From positions 206,708,001 to 206,772,000 of the forward strand of contig OZ024740.1 in assembly GCA_964016885.1 (NCBI GenBank): a stretch of DNA of 64,000 nt. The letters run 5' to 3'. This DNA comes from Eledone cirrhosa (lineage: Eukaryota). Every line of letters begins with the position of its first letter. Position 1 is the stretch's first letter. This document shows, piece by piece, positions 1 through 12,886 of this stretch. The notes beneath the pieces were generated by a model that made no database searches, had not been told where the DNA came from, and saw only the letters and a list, made by a program, of their open reading frames with translations. The position numbers were made by a program, and so were the translations under genes.

Positions 1-568
1 TTATGTCTAACTCATTCTAAACAAGCTTTACTACTGTATAAAGGTAAACTAGATGTAGTTTTATGTCTAACTCATTCTAAACAAGCTTTACTACTGTATA
101 AAGGTAAACTAGATGTAGTTTTATGTCTAACTCATCCTAAACAAGCTTTACTACTGTATAAAGGTAAACTAGATGTAGTTTTATGTCTAACTCATCCTAA
201 ACAAGCTTTACTACTGTATAAAGGTAAACTAGATGTAGTTTTATGTCTAACTCATTCTAAACAAGCTTTACTACTGTATAAAGGTAAACTAGATGTAGTT
301 TTATGTCTAACTCATTCTAAACAAGCTTTACTACTATATAAAGGTAAACTAGATGTAGTTTTATGTTGAACTCATCCTAAACAAGCTTTACTACTGTATA
401 AAGGTAAACTAGATGTAGTTTTATGTCTAACTCATTCTAAACAAGCTTTACTACTGTATAAAGGTAAACTAGATGTAGTTTTATGTCTAACTCATTCTAA
501 ACAAGCTTTACTACTGTATAAAGGTAAACTAGATGTAGTTTTATGTCTAACTCATTCTAAACAAGCTT
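1..568. repeat. 60-bp tandem repeat (minisatellite), ~9.5 copies, truncated by window start
   Basis: Near-identical 60-nt unit ttatgtctaactcattctaaacaagctttactactgtataaaggtaaactagatgtagtt repeated line after line. Confidence 0.97.
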
Positions 569-700
569 GGACTAAACACATGGATTGCATTTTAAAGATG
601 AGATATTCAATCCTTTACCAAAGGGATATGATGCAGTTTTGGCAAAGGGATCTATGTGAGGTTTTATAGTAATTTCGAAAGTTTTAACTGAGCTGATGTA

Positions 701-898
701 TGAGGGGCGGCTGAAAAGTTCGTAGGTTGACTATGAAGGAGTAATGCTAGAGCTGCGAAGTCCTGCATGCATTGATTTCAACTTTTCTTATTAATAACTA
801 CATTGTTTCTTTCCAGGGACTATGTTGAAAAATAAACCACATTTGGTCATTCCATGAGAGTATCTTGGTCAACCTATGAACATTTCAGCTGACCCTCG
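701..898. mobile_element. Tc1/mariner-type MITE
   Basis: Imperfect TIRs tgaggggcggctgaaaagttcgtaggttgac / gtcaacctatgaacatttcagctgaccctcg flanked by TA (699-700, 899-900). Confidence 0.75.
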
Positions 899-1148
899 TA
901 GTGTAAAATTGTTCTTTATATCCTGAAATATGTCTTGTCATTTCCTCAGTAAACGAGAATTGAGATAGATTGAAGTGTGAGTATGGAAGATGCTTGTGTG
1001 TAATGTTACGGAGGTGTGAAGGGTAGATTAGCGGTAGAGACGAAGCAAAATAGCTTCAATGTGGATTAGAAAGTACACGAAAGACTTCTTTTCCCGGGAG
1101 CTTACCTTTTTGCACTTTGGTGTTCCGCATAATATCTTATTAATATTT

Positions 1149-1450
1149 AGCGGTTGATTGGCAGTATCAGTAGAACGTCGGACAGTATGCTTTGTAGATT
1201 AGAGTTACGGCGCTTTACGTTCTGAGTTCAAATCCCGCCGAGATTAGCTTTGCCTTTTAACCTTACAGGGTCGATAAAATAAAGTACCATTCACAAACGG
1301 GCCGATTTAATCGATTTCCCCCGCTCCCCAAATTGCTGGCCTTGTCTAAATCAGAAACCAATATTTAAGGAAAATAAAGTATTGGGGTCGATTTAATCGA
1401 ATTTCGCCTCCTCACAAATCGTTGCCTTGTGCCTAAATTAGAAACCATTA
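1149..1450 (+). mobile_element. tRNA-derived SINE (dominant family of this window; resembles octopus SINEs), 3' part duplicated
   Basis: B-box-like gagttcaaatcc plus shared core ctttgcc...gggtcgataaaataaagtacca present in >12 copies in the window. Confidence 0.8.
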
Positions 1451-2439
1451 GTAATATTGAAAGGGGAAACGGAAGGTAATGGCTAACGAATGTCGGAATA
1501 AATGTATAGTGTTATTGAATTAGTCTTCTTACATTCTAATTTAAAAAAAACGCTGAGGTCCACTTGGTTTCTTATCCTCCATGAGATTATGAAAGGAATA
1601 TAAGCGAAGTACTTATGTCGAGTTAATAGACTCATAACCAGGGTTGGATTTAGCCCTTGGAGGGACCGGGGCACTTCAGGTGGGGTGGGGGTTTGGGGCT
1701 CATACACAAAAATTAGAATACACAGCAAAACCCCAATTTACATATCAAAGTTAGCTTGGCACAAGTAAATGGAATTGAAAAGTTATACATACAGGTATTA
1801 AATTCAAAAATTCCAACCATCCTAAAACTAAAAAGCCCAACTGAGGACACAAATAAATTGCTACTGCCCCACACACACTGCAGGAAGCCCAGGGCAATTG
1901 TCACCTTTGCCTCACCCCCATTAAATCCGACCATGTCCATAACTATATTTCGTTTGAATAAACAGTTCTAACCCAGAAAATAAATAGAGAAAAGTCAAAA
2001 TGTGATAATCATAAGAAACAGAAATCACAGGAAATCGAAATTGAAATTGAATCTAAAAAATTAAATTGAATAGAATTGATATAGGTATCAATAATTAATT
2101 TATTGATTTCAGTCATCGAACTGCAGCCATACAGGGAGGTAGACTATGCTGTGTATTATGTAATCTTATAGCCACCAGATCGTTCTGAACAATAATAAAC
2201 AAACAATCAAAATAAACGTCTCGTGAAAAAAGTGGATGTTTTGAAAAGTATTTTATCATGTTTCCTGCTTGTTCAAACTCAGCAGGGTATTGTTTGAGTG
2301 AAATTTAGTTCCTGTTTGCAACAAATCTAGTGACCACATAGAGGCACACTCGTTAGATTATATGCGCATGTGTATGTGTGTATGTGCGTATGCATATGTG
2401 TATGTGTGTATGTGTGTATATGTGTATGTATGTTGGTCA

Positions 2440-3410
2440 AAGCCAACTCGATCCGCCCGACTCGATCCGCCCGAAGGAAGATCTGAATTTAATGTCGTCC
2501 CAATTGCATTCGATATTTGTATACTGGAGGACAGAGAGGCCTTCGCCTGTCTAGTTGGCCAGAGTCTGCTCGAGCTCTGTAGCCACGTCTTGCTGAGGAC
2601 CTCGCTGACGAGTGCGCAACTGGAAGAGATAGAGGAAAGGTAGGCCAATAGATCCAGATCTGAAGCGGATCGGAGGCCTAGGCCGCCAAACCTCACCGAG
2701 AGCTTCGCCTGTCGCTAGCCATCGCTGTCGAAACTGTCATTGCAGATGAGTTCTGCACTGCGTCGGAAGGTAACATCGAGTTCACCGAGAAGATCTGCGT
2801 GGGGGTGACAAAGTGCAGCGCGCAGCGTGAGCAACAATTTGAGGAGAGCCAAGCAGTTCCTCAAGAGGAAGAGCGCCGAGTGAGCGTCAATGAGACGCAG
2901 GTCTCCAGACACACTTTATGGCTTTCGTGAGATTTGGAGAGCTGAGAAGTCAGACGGCGTCTTTGGCCGTTAACCGAGCCTCGGACAAGACGGGATGGAT
3001 GCGTCGTCCAGGTACCATACGTTGAGGGGCGAGCGGACTGAGCGGGCAACGTCGTCGATTGCCAGCGCAAAGAGGAGTGGACCGAGTGGTTCTCCTTGCT
3101 GGACTCCCGTAGCGGAAGTAACCCTGTTGTCAGCGGCTATGAGTAAGCTGGGTCTTCCGTACGAGAGGTGAGCGAAAGGGTAAAAGTCGTCGGAAGACGT
3201 TGGCCACTGCGATGGGGTGGATGCTTCCGTCATTCTTCCTCAAGGCGGTCAGACTGGCTGAGAAGAAAAGATCGCGGGCATGGCAGGGCAAGTTGGCGCG
3301 GAGGAGACAGTTGGTGAGGTCTGTGATCGACTGGAACCATCGGGCTCCTGCCTCTGCAGCATGAGGTGGCCGGGGCGTAGGGTGTCCACTCCGCCATTGG
3401 GTTCCCATTT
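2440..3410 (-). pseudogene. CRE-clade non-LTR retrotransposon RT fragment, degenerate
   Basis: Frameshifted peptides SLTALRKNDGSIHPIAV, GVQQGEPLGPLLFALA, WYLDD, LLRNCLAL, RFGGLGLRSA. Confidence 0.8.
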
Positions 3411-4716
3411 GCATATAATAGTGAGAGATGGGGAGAGTGAGAGTGACGGAAGCAGTGAGTGAAAGAGAGAGAAAATCAACACACACACTTGATAAGACAA
3501 ATAAAGTTGAGAAGAGTGAAAATTCTATTCATTGTTGATATCACTAATATTGTTGTTTGCTTTTTCGTCACCTCTCTTGCAGTCTCCTCGAACAGCTTCT
3601 ATCATGATAATCTATCAACCATTTTCGCAGCCATATTTTCGTAGACAGGCAATTGAGATATTTACAAAGTACAAAGGTTTTTTTTACTCAGCTTGTCAAT
3701 ACTTTTCATTTGATTCCTTTTATCAGTTTCTGTTTATACTATTTATTATTTTAATTTAAAAAAAAAAGTACTCAATCTCCTACCTCCCTATCTCCTCCCC
3801 TGTCTGTCTGTCTGTCTGTCTGTTTGTTTGTCTGATTGCCTGTCTGCCTGCCTGTCTGTCTGCCTATCTATCTATTCATCTGTCTACTTGTCTAGCTATC
3901 TGTCAGCCCGTTTGTCTTTCTCTCTCTCCCCTCTTTCCCCTCTGTCAGTCGGTCTCTCTGACTCCCCCCTCTGCCAGTCGGTCTCTCTGACTCCCCCCTC
4001 TGTCTCTTTTTCTCCCTCTATATAACTATCTATCTCCCCTCAGGTAGGTATGCTTGTGTGGCCAAAACGTCTGTTTTGCAACTGTGTTGTTTCAGGTTCA
4101 ATTCCAATGTACGGTACATTATGTGAGTTCATTAAACAGAATACACTTGGTTGCAAGTATTTCAGTTATGTCCCTTGACTGAGAGGATTTGTTTCTTTCC
4201 TCCCTCCAGCCTATCATGCAGGTCTTGAAATGGTGTCATGGGTACTGTTATTTTTCTCATGACCAAGACATTAAACCTCTCTCTATCTCTCCCTCCCCGT
4301 TACTCCCATCCGTTTATACGTTTCAGAATACATTAGTTACCCTAAATTCTACCCCTGAAATGTCAAAACCTGAAACATTTAGAAAATGGCGACCTTCCTG
4401 TAGAGATTATACATTAATTGTTTTAATACCATTAAGTGCAGTTTAGTAAGCGGGTGGTAAGACGTATGTAATAATTTAATGTAGTTTAGTAAGATGGTGG
4501 CAAGATGGTGGCAAGACGTAAGTAATCATTCAATACGGGTTAAGCTACTTTAATCCGGAAATAATCAACTCATAAATATATAGAGTAATCACAGATATTT
4601 AAGTGGTTAGCCGATTAACTAACCGACCAACTGGCCTACCGAATAACCGACCAACCAGCTAACCAGCCAATATATATAAAAGTGTGTAATAATTGCTTAT
4701 ATATATATATATTTAT

Positions 4717-5027
4717 TTAGTTATGTAATAAACAACATAAGATAATTATGTCATTGACCAGCGGTTTCTTGAAAGCAAACAAATCTGCTTTCAGTCATCA
4801 GAATGAAAAAATCCTGGTGTTTTTATTGAATGTGGATTTGAAACCCACATTCAATAAAAACACCACGATTTTTTCATTCTGACGACTGAAAGCAGATTTG
4901 TTTGCTTTCAAGAAACCGCTGGTAAATGAAATAATTATCTTATGTTGTTTATTACATAACTAATAAGCTCTGTAACCTACATAAGGTACTCTTTTTTCCT
5001 GGACCTTTCCGACAGAATTACTTCATT
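4717..5027 (+). mobile_element. Hairpin-shaped Penelope pLTR remnant (inverted arm + arm + unique tail)
   Basis: ~120-bp inverted arms 4717-4837/4843-4963, then a 64-nt tail; same family at 25617-25864; contains hammerhead motif. Confidence 0.75.
4872..4931 (+). ncRNA. Type I hammerhead ribozyme motif (mirror copy on - strand ~4749-4808)
   Basis: Stem I tttcatt/aatgaaa; CTGACGA; stem II tgaaagcaga..tttgctttca; GAAA-CC-gct-GG-TA (GUA site; GUC in the mirror copy). Confidence 0.8.
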
Positions 5028-5061
<34 letters not shown>

Positions 5062-5062
5062 A

Positions 5063-8000
5063 AAAAGTGTGTAATAACTGTAGTTATATATATATAACAG
5101 TGTAATAACTGTAGTTATATATATATAACAGTGTAATAACTGTAGTTATATATATAACATTACACTGTTATATAACTGTAGTTATATATATATAACAGTT
5201 ATATAACTGTAGTTATATATATAACAGTGTAATAACTGTAGTTATATATATATAAGTGTGTAATAACTGTAGTAATATATACAACAGTGTGCAATAACTG
5301 TAGTTATATATATAACAGTGTGTAATAACTGTAGTTATACATATAACAGTGTAATAACTGTAGTTATATATATAACAGTGTAATAACTGTAGTTATATAT
5401 ATAACAGTGTGTAATAACTGTAGTTATATATATAACAGTGTAATAACTGTAGTTATATACATAACAGTGTGTAATAACTGTAGTTATATATATAACAGTG
5501 TAATAACTGTAGTTATATATATAACAGTGTAATAACCGTAGTTATATATATAACAGTGTAATAACCGTAGTTATATTTATAACATTGTGTAATAACAGTA
5601 GTTATATATATAACAGTGTAATAACTGTAGTTATATATATAACAGTGTAATAACTGTAGTTATATACATAACAGTGTGTAATAACTGTAGTTATATATAT
5701 CACAGTGTAATAACTGTAGTTATATTTATAACAGTGTGTAATAACTGTAGTTATATATATAACAGTTTAATAACTGTAGTTATATATATAACAGTGTAAT
5801 AATCGTAGTTATATTTATAACAGTGTGTAATAACTGTAGTTATATAAATAACAGTGTAATAATTGTAGTTATATATATAACAGTGTAATAACTGTAGTTA
5901 TATACATAACAGTGTGTAATAACTGTAGTTATATATATATAACAGTGTAATAACTAGTTATATATATAACAGTGTAATAACTGTAGTTATCTATATAAAA
6001 GTGTGTAATAACTGTAGTTATATATATAAAACAGTGTAATAACCGTAGTTATATATATAAAAGTGTAATAACTGTAGTTATATATATAAAAGTATGTAAT
6101 AACTGTAGTTATATATATAACAGTGTAATAACTGTAGTTATATATATAACAGTGTGTAATAACTGTAGTTATATATATAACAGTGTAATAACTGTAGTTA
6201 TATACATAACAGTGTGTAATAACTGTAGTTATATATATAACAGTTTAATAACCGTAGTTATATATATAACAGTGTAATAACCGTAGTTATATTTATAACA
6301 GTGTAATAACTGTAGTTATATATATAACAGTGTGTAATAACTGTAGTTATATATATAACAGTGTAATAACTGTAGTTATATAATAACTGTAGTTATATAT
6401 ATAACAGTGTAATAACTGTAGTTATATATATATAACAGTGTAATAACTGTAGTTATATATATAACAGTGTAATAACTGTAGTTATATAACAGTGTAATAA
6501 CTGTAGTTATAAATATAACAGTGTAATAATTGTAGTTATACAACAGTGTAATAACTGTAGTTATATAACAGTGTAATAACTGTAGTTATATATATAACAG
6601 CGTAATAACTGTAGTTATATATATAACATTGTGTAATAACTGTAGTTATATATATAACAGTGTAATAACTGTAGTTATATATATAAAAGTGTAATAACTG
6701 TAGTTATATATATAAACGTATGTAATAACTGTAGTTATATATATAAAAGTGTAATAACTGTAGTTATATATATAACAGTGTGTAATAATTGTAGTTATAT
6801 ATATAACAGTGTTATAACTGTAGTTATATATATAAAAGTGTGTAATAACTGTGGTTATATATATAACAGTGTAATAACTGTAGTTATATATATAACAGTG
6901 TGTAATAACTGTAGTTATATATATATAACAGTGTAATAACTAGTTATATATATAACAGTGTGTAATAACTGTAGTTATATATATAAAAGTGTGTAATAAC
7001 TAGTTATATATATAACAGTGTAATAACTGTAGTTATATATATATAACAGTGTAATAACTAGTTATATATATAACAGTGTGTAATAACTGTAGTTATATAT
7101 ATAAAAGTGTAATAACTGTAGTTATATATATAAAAGTATGTAATAACTGTAGTTATATATATAAAAGTCTAATAACTGTAGTTATATATATAAAAGTATG
7201 TAATAACTGTAGTTATATATATAACAGTGTAATAAGTGTAGTTATATATATAACAGTGTAATAACTGTAGTTATATATATAACAGTGTAATAAGTGTAGT
7301 TATATATATAACATTACACTGTTATATAACTGTTATCTAACTGTATTTATATATATATAACTGTTATATAACTGTAGTTATATATAACTGTTATATAACT
7401 GTAGTTATATATATAAAAGTGTTTAATAACTGTAGTCATATATATAACAGTGTAATAACTGTAGTTATATATATAACAGTGTAATAACTGTAGTTATATA
7501 TATAACAGTGTAATAACTGTAGTTATATATATAACAGTGTGTAATAACTGTAGTTATATATATAACAGTGTAATAACTGTAGTTATATATATAACAGTGT
7601 AATAACTGTAGTTATATACATAACAGTGTGTAATAACTGTAGTTATATATATAACAGTGTAATAACTGTAGTTATATATATAACAGTGTAATAACTGTAG
7701 TTATATATATAACAGTGTAATAACTGTAGTTATATATATAACAGTGTAATAACTGTAGTTATATATATAACTGTTTCTACTTTAGGCACAAGGCCAGCAA
7801 CTACCCAGTTCATTACTGGTACTTTATTTTATCAACCCCGTAAGGATGAAAGGCAAAGTCAACCTCGGCGGGATTTGAACTCGGATCGTAAAGGGACGTA
7901 ACTATGCTGTAGTTATATATATAACAGTGTTTAATAACTGTAGTTATATATAACAGTGTAATAACTGTAGTTATATATATATAACAGTGTAATAACTGTA

Positions 8001-8452
8001 GTTATATAACAGTGTCATAACTGTAGTTATCTATATATAACAGTGTAATAACTGTAGTTATATATATAACAGTGTAATAACTGTAGTAATATATATAACA
8101 GTGTAATAACTGCATTTATATATGTAAAAGTGTGTAATAACTGCAGTTATATATATAACAATGTAATAACTGTAGTTATATATATAACAGTGTAATAACT
8201 GCATTTATATATATAAAAGTGTGTAATAACTGCAGTTATATATATAACAGTGTAATAACTGTAGTTATATATATAACAGTGTAATAACTGTAGTTATATA
8301 TATAACAGTGTAATAACTGTAGCTATATATATATATATAAAAGTGTGTAATAACTGCAGTTATATATATAACAGTGTAATAACTGCATTTATATATATAA
8401 CAGTGTAATAACTGCATTTATATATATAAAAGTGTGTAATAACTGTAGTTAT
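5063..8452. repeat. AT-rich ~27-31 bp minisatellite, ~3.4 kb
   Basis: Unit gtgtaataactgtagttatatatataaca with variable (TA)n; interrupted by a SINE fragment at 7771-7907. Confidence 0.95.
7771..7907 (-). mobile_element. SINE fragment inside the minisatellite
   Basis: Family core aaggatgaaaggcaaagtcaacctcggcgggatttgaactc. Confidence 0.8.
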
Positions 8453-8567
8453 AAGTATAAAATCAATCAAAGTGTTAAAAAAACTTTCCTAAGTGGTTCA
8501 AAATTATCCCAACGAATACAAGGCCATCTACAAACACGTGAAAACGACCAAAACTTTCAAATCACCC

Positions 8568-8752
8568 TGGATTGGCAGTATCGGGAGAGGGTGGGACACC
8601 ATGCTTTGACGCGTAGAGTTACGTCCCTTTATGATCTGACTTCAAATCCCGCCGAGGTTAACTTTGCCTTTCATCCTTACGTGGTCGATAACATAAAGTA
8701 CCAGTAATGCATTGGGATAATTGCTGCCCTTCTACCAAAAGTAGAAACAATT
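8568..8752 (+). mobile_element. tRNA-derived SINE
   Basis: Family core; tail-to-tail with the next copy. Confidence 0.8.
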
Positions 8753-8772
8753 ATTACTTTTCTATGAATATA

Positions 8773-8962
8773 ATTGTTTCTATTTTTGGCCCAAGGCCAG
8801 CAAATTACCCAGTACATTACTGGTACTTTATGTTATCGTCCCCGTAAGGATGAAAGGCAAAGTTAACCTCGGCGGGATTTGAACTCAGATCATAAAGGGA
8901 TGTAACTCTATGCTTCAAAGCATGGTGTCCGACTCTCTACCGATACTGCCAATCCACCGCCC
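8773..8962 (-). mobile_element. tRNA-derived SINE with TSD
   Basis: Family core; flanking direct repeat ttttctatgaatata on both sides. Confidence 0.85.
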
Positions 8963-9094
8963 TTTTCTATGAATATAATACTATGCTTACAGAATGAAAA
9001 TATAAACACAATATATACAATAATCAATGCGAGAGAAAACCCCATCAATTCACCACTAAATGCGTCAATCGGTCACACATCACAAGGGTCATCG

Positions 9095-9265
9095 GAAATT
9101 TTTGAGGCAAGCCAACATTACTGCTGGTGATGGCGAGGCTAAGGCGCCAAACAACTAGGCACCCTCACCCTCACGGGCATCACTTGACTCCTCGGTAAGG
9201 CGAGCCGCTAACAACGACAAAAATTTCGCTAGCAGCGGTTCTGCTCCATCAAATCGCTCGAATGT
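9095..9265 (-). pseudogene. CRE-clade LINE 3'-end fragment
   Basis: Nucleotide similarity to 58895-59070 of this window. Confidence 0.6.
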
Positions 9266-9749
9266 CAAATAACTATTCAGGCTGAATAGTTATTTGATAG
9301 TTCGTGGTATTTTAGGATTCTTCTAAAAATTCCGGAAATATAGAATCCACCCCTAAAAGACCAACAATAGCACAAAATGAACTAAAATCTCCTTAAATTA
9401 TCAGAAACACCCGACACCAATGAAATACTAAAAAAACAACAAAACAAACAAACAAACAAACAAACTAACAAACAAAAAAATAGGGAAAAATCTTGGCCCG
9501 ATTATAGTTGACCTAAGTGCTACGCTTTAGAATTGAATACAAAATATATGAAGCAAACTTCTTAACCACAAAATCATGCCTACACCAATGAAACATCTGA
9601 AAATTAATCAACAACACGTCAACATTTTAATGTCGTGACTTGTTTAACAAGGAAGTATTTATTTGTAGCTAGGAGAACTGGTTTATTCGATAATGTAGTA
9701 TTATGTTCAAGGAGGAAAGCAAGCTGTTCAGATTTTCACAATTTGCCTC

Positions 9750-9890
9750 AATACATATAATATCCCTCAATACATATAAAATCCCTCAATAACTATGAAA
9801 TCCCTCAATATATATGAAATCCCTCAATATATATGAAATCCCTCAATATATATGAAATCTCTCAAATCATACGAAATCCCTCAATAACTA
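9750..9890. repeat. 19-bp minisatellite (atatatgaaatccctcaat), continues at 10680-10732
   Basis: Visible tandem units split by the RTE insertion. Confidence 0.8.
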
Positions 9891-9891
9891 T

Positions 9892-10678
9892 GACTCAGAC
9901 TCAGACTCAGAAGATACCGCGTCTTGCGACGCATGAGGCAATCATAGTGTTCCATCGCGTTCGGTCAGCTGCCAGTTGCACAGCGTCCCGCCATTGTCTG
10001 TTTGTCGCTCGCAGGTTCCTCTCAACTGTCTGGCGCCAGTTCATTTTGGGCCGCCCTCTCCGTCTGCTTCCCTGCGGGCTCCATTTAAGTACTTGGTTCG
10101 CCAGTCTCTCCGGGGGAAGTCTCAAAGCGTGTCCAAACCAGACCAGGCGTCGTTTACAGATGGTAGAAGAGACTAGCTGCTGGTTGGTGCGGTTCCTGAC
10201 TTCCTGGTTTGTTACATGGTCACTCCATTTAATCCCCAGGATCTTTCGCAGACATCTGGAATCGAATGCGTCCAACTTCTTCTCTTGTCTGGTCTTAAGG
10301 TGCCATGTTTCACTTCCGTACAAGAGTGTGGACAGCACGTTGCTGTTGTAGAATCTCATCTTTGTTTTGAGGGTGAACTTCCTGCTCTTCCAGATCTTGT
10401 CAAGCTGGTTAAATGCTTCTGAAGACTTTCCCATTCTACATTGCAGTTCACTGTCCATGGTGCCCTCATTGTTAATGGAGCTTCATATGTAGGTGAAGTT
10501 GTCCACTATCTCCACCTCCCCTGTTCAATGAAGACACTGGTTGGTGGTGGGTGTGTCCCAGATAACATGCTTTTGGTCTTCTTGGCACTGATATTGAGAC
10601 CTAAGCTTCCTGCTTCGACATTGATATTGTTCACAATGATTTGCAGGTCAGCTGTGCTCTCTGCAAGTGCAGCAATAA
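9892..10678 (-). mobile_element. RTE-clade LINE, 5'-truncated, with (GTCTGA)n tail
   Basis: ORFs 10506-10697 (GLNISAKKTKSM) and 9907-10458 (LLYGSETW, WFGHALR, RRRGRPKMNW); tandem tail after the stop. Confidence 0.88.
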
Positions 10679-10881
10679 TATATATGAAATCCCTCAATAT
10701 ATATGAAATCCCTTAGTACATATAAAATCCCCCAAAATAGTATAAAAGGCTCCATAACATACTGAAAATGCAACAAGTCGTCTGCAACAATGGGGAAAAA
10801 AATAAGAACAAAATTTGAACAGATTTATAATACTTTACATGCATGGCCCCGCAACACTCGAGGGAGTCGTAAGGCCGCCGT

Positions 10882-10947
10882 ATTGACATACGGCGTTTCT
10901 AGGGCATTTTAAAACCCTGCAGAGCCCAATCCTCTTCAGGTCTGAAT
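10882..10947 (-). ncRNA. Possible degenerate type I hammerhead
   Basis: Minus strand CTGAAGA ... gggc/gccc ... GAAAC-gcc-GTA; stem I weak. Confidence 0.35.
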
Positions 10948-11027
10948 ACAGTAGATTTCTTACAAAGAAGGATAGAGTAAGTAAGAGAATGAAAGAGAGA
11001 AAGAGTTATAGAGGAAGAATCGACCCT

Positions 11028-11178
11028 ATTACTTAACTGGTACTTTTTTGTATCAACCTCGAATGGATGAAAGACAAAGTTGACTTCGGCAGGATTTGAA
11101 CTCAGAGAGTAGAGAGCCGGAACGAATGCCGTATAGAATGCTATCCGACGTTCTAACGACCCAGCCAATTCGCCACCT
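11028..11178 (-). mobile_element. tRNA-derived SINE, diverged
   Basis: Family core ggatgaaagacaaagttgacttcggcaggatttgaactcag. Confidence 0.7.
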
Positions 11179-11512
11179 TTAAAACACTTTAAAGTACCCC
11201 AAATATAATGAAAAACCTCTGAAAACAAGTAAAAGTACGAAAGTGTAGCGTCTTTGATTAGATATGAACTACAGGATTAAATCCAATGAAAATGTCTGAA
11301 CATCTACAATAAAAGTTGTAAGGAGCTTTTCATAGCTGTTGGGATACATGTGCATTCGTAAAAATAAAAAGCCCAAAATATAGAAATTGCTCAGAATGAG
11401 TCCAAAAAGTCAAAAATATATTAAAGTTCAAAATATTTAAAAGTCAAAAATATTTTAAAGTTCTTTAAACGTCTAAAATGTCAGCAGCAATTTATATAAA
11501 AAAGCTTCTAAA

Positions 11513-11732
11513 TAATGGCTTCTGATTTAGGCACAAGGCCAGCAATTTTGGGGAAGGGGCAAGTCGACAAAATCGACACCATTGCGTTACTGGTACTTTA
11601 TTTTATCGACCCCGTAAGGATGCAAGGTAAAGCTAACTTCGGCGGGATTTGAACGCAGAACGCGAAGGGACGCAACTATATGCCACAAAGCATGTTGCCC
11701 GCCGCTCCACCGATTACTGCCAACCCACCGCC
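11513..11732 (-). mobile_element. tRNA-derived SINE with TSD
   Basis: Family core; aagcttctaaat repeated on both sides. Confidence 0.82.
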
Positions 11733-11819
11733 GTAAGCTTCTAAATCAGAAAGTGGAGTCACGAAGTCTCCAAAGTAGCACTATAAATTTGTTATAATGC
11801 CCAAAATAAGATAAAGTTG

Positions 11820-12099
11820 TTGTTGTTGTTGTCGTCGTCGTCGTCGTCGTCGTCGTCGTTGTTGTTGTTGTTGTTCTTCTTCTTCTTCTTGAGTGGATCA
11901 GAGAAGCAGCGTCTGCAAACACTCCTTCCAGGGGATCCTGTCAGAACCAACTGATCTGGCTGGATCCCCAAGTGAGACCAGCCAAGCTCATGGATGTTAT
12001 TCAAATAACTTGCTCGGGGTACCCCTGGGTCTCTTTCCAGTTGGTTTTGCCTGTAAAATCTATCCAGCGATTCTTTCCTGAGACATTCTAACCACATGC
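11820..12099 (-). mobile_element. 5'-truncated LINE 3' end (RTE-like) with trinucleotide tail
   Basis: 13-bp TSD taagataaagttg (11807-11819, 12100-12112); (AAG)n(AAC)n(GAC)n tail; related fragment at 12527-12620. Confidence 0.7.
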
Positions 12100-12886
12100 T
12101 AAGATAAAGTTGAATAAAAAAAACATCAATTTTTAATGTCTATGAAATAATCAGGACTGACACTAAGGTTTTACAGATTTTTCCCCATTTGACTCTCAAG
12201 AAAACCCCAGATCACAAAGAAGAAAATCTAGATTATGAAAATACTAAGTTTAGATAGAAATATAACTACTTTATTTACTTTTATACGTAAATCACAATAA
12301 TTACTCCTCTTGTTGAAAAAGCAATAGATTTGTTATTTTCTATTTCTGCCATCAATTGAATAATATCAACACTAGATTTAGCCACATCAAAGCATTACAG
12401 AACTGTTGTGTTTTATTAGCATGGATTATTGCATTTCTCAGAAAATCGTTGCAGCATTTACAATACCTGGTTTCTTTATAGTTTTTTTAATTTTATCCCT
12501 GAAGGGGTCATGGGGACAGAGTCCTAAAACACTTCTTCCAGCGGGTCCTGTCAGAAGCAACTGTTTCCAACTGATCCAGCTGGATCCCCAAGCGAGACCA
12601 GCCAAGCTCATGGATTTATTTATTATTAAGCTCTACAAAATTCAAGGAGCCGTATTTATCAAAAGCTATTTTAATTGTAAGGGACTATTCTGAGTTTCCA
12701 ACTCAATATATACTTTTGATAAATACGGCTCCTTGAAATCTGTTGAGCTTAATAATTGTCGAGTGAACCAGGCTGCTATTTTTAGCAGCATGTGTTTTGC
12801 GAGACACGCTAGGCTCTGAGTGCCACGTGCTTTATTCTAAATACGCGCTTCATTTAGTCTTCTAAGAAACCTAGAAGTTAAGGGTC

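Noticed and set aside
1-568. CRISPR-like array
   Set aside because: Units are wholly repeated with no unique spacers; eukaryotic context
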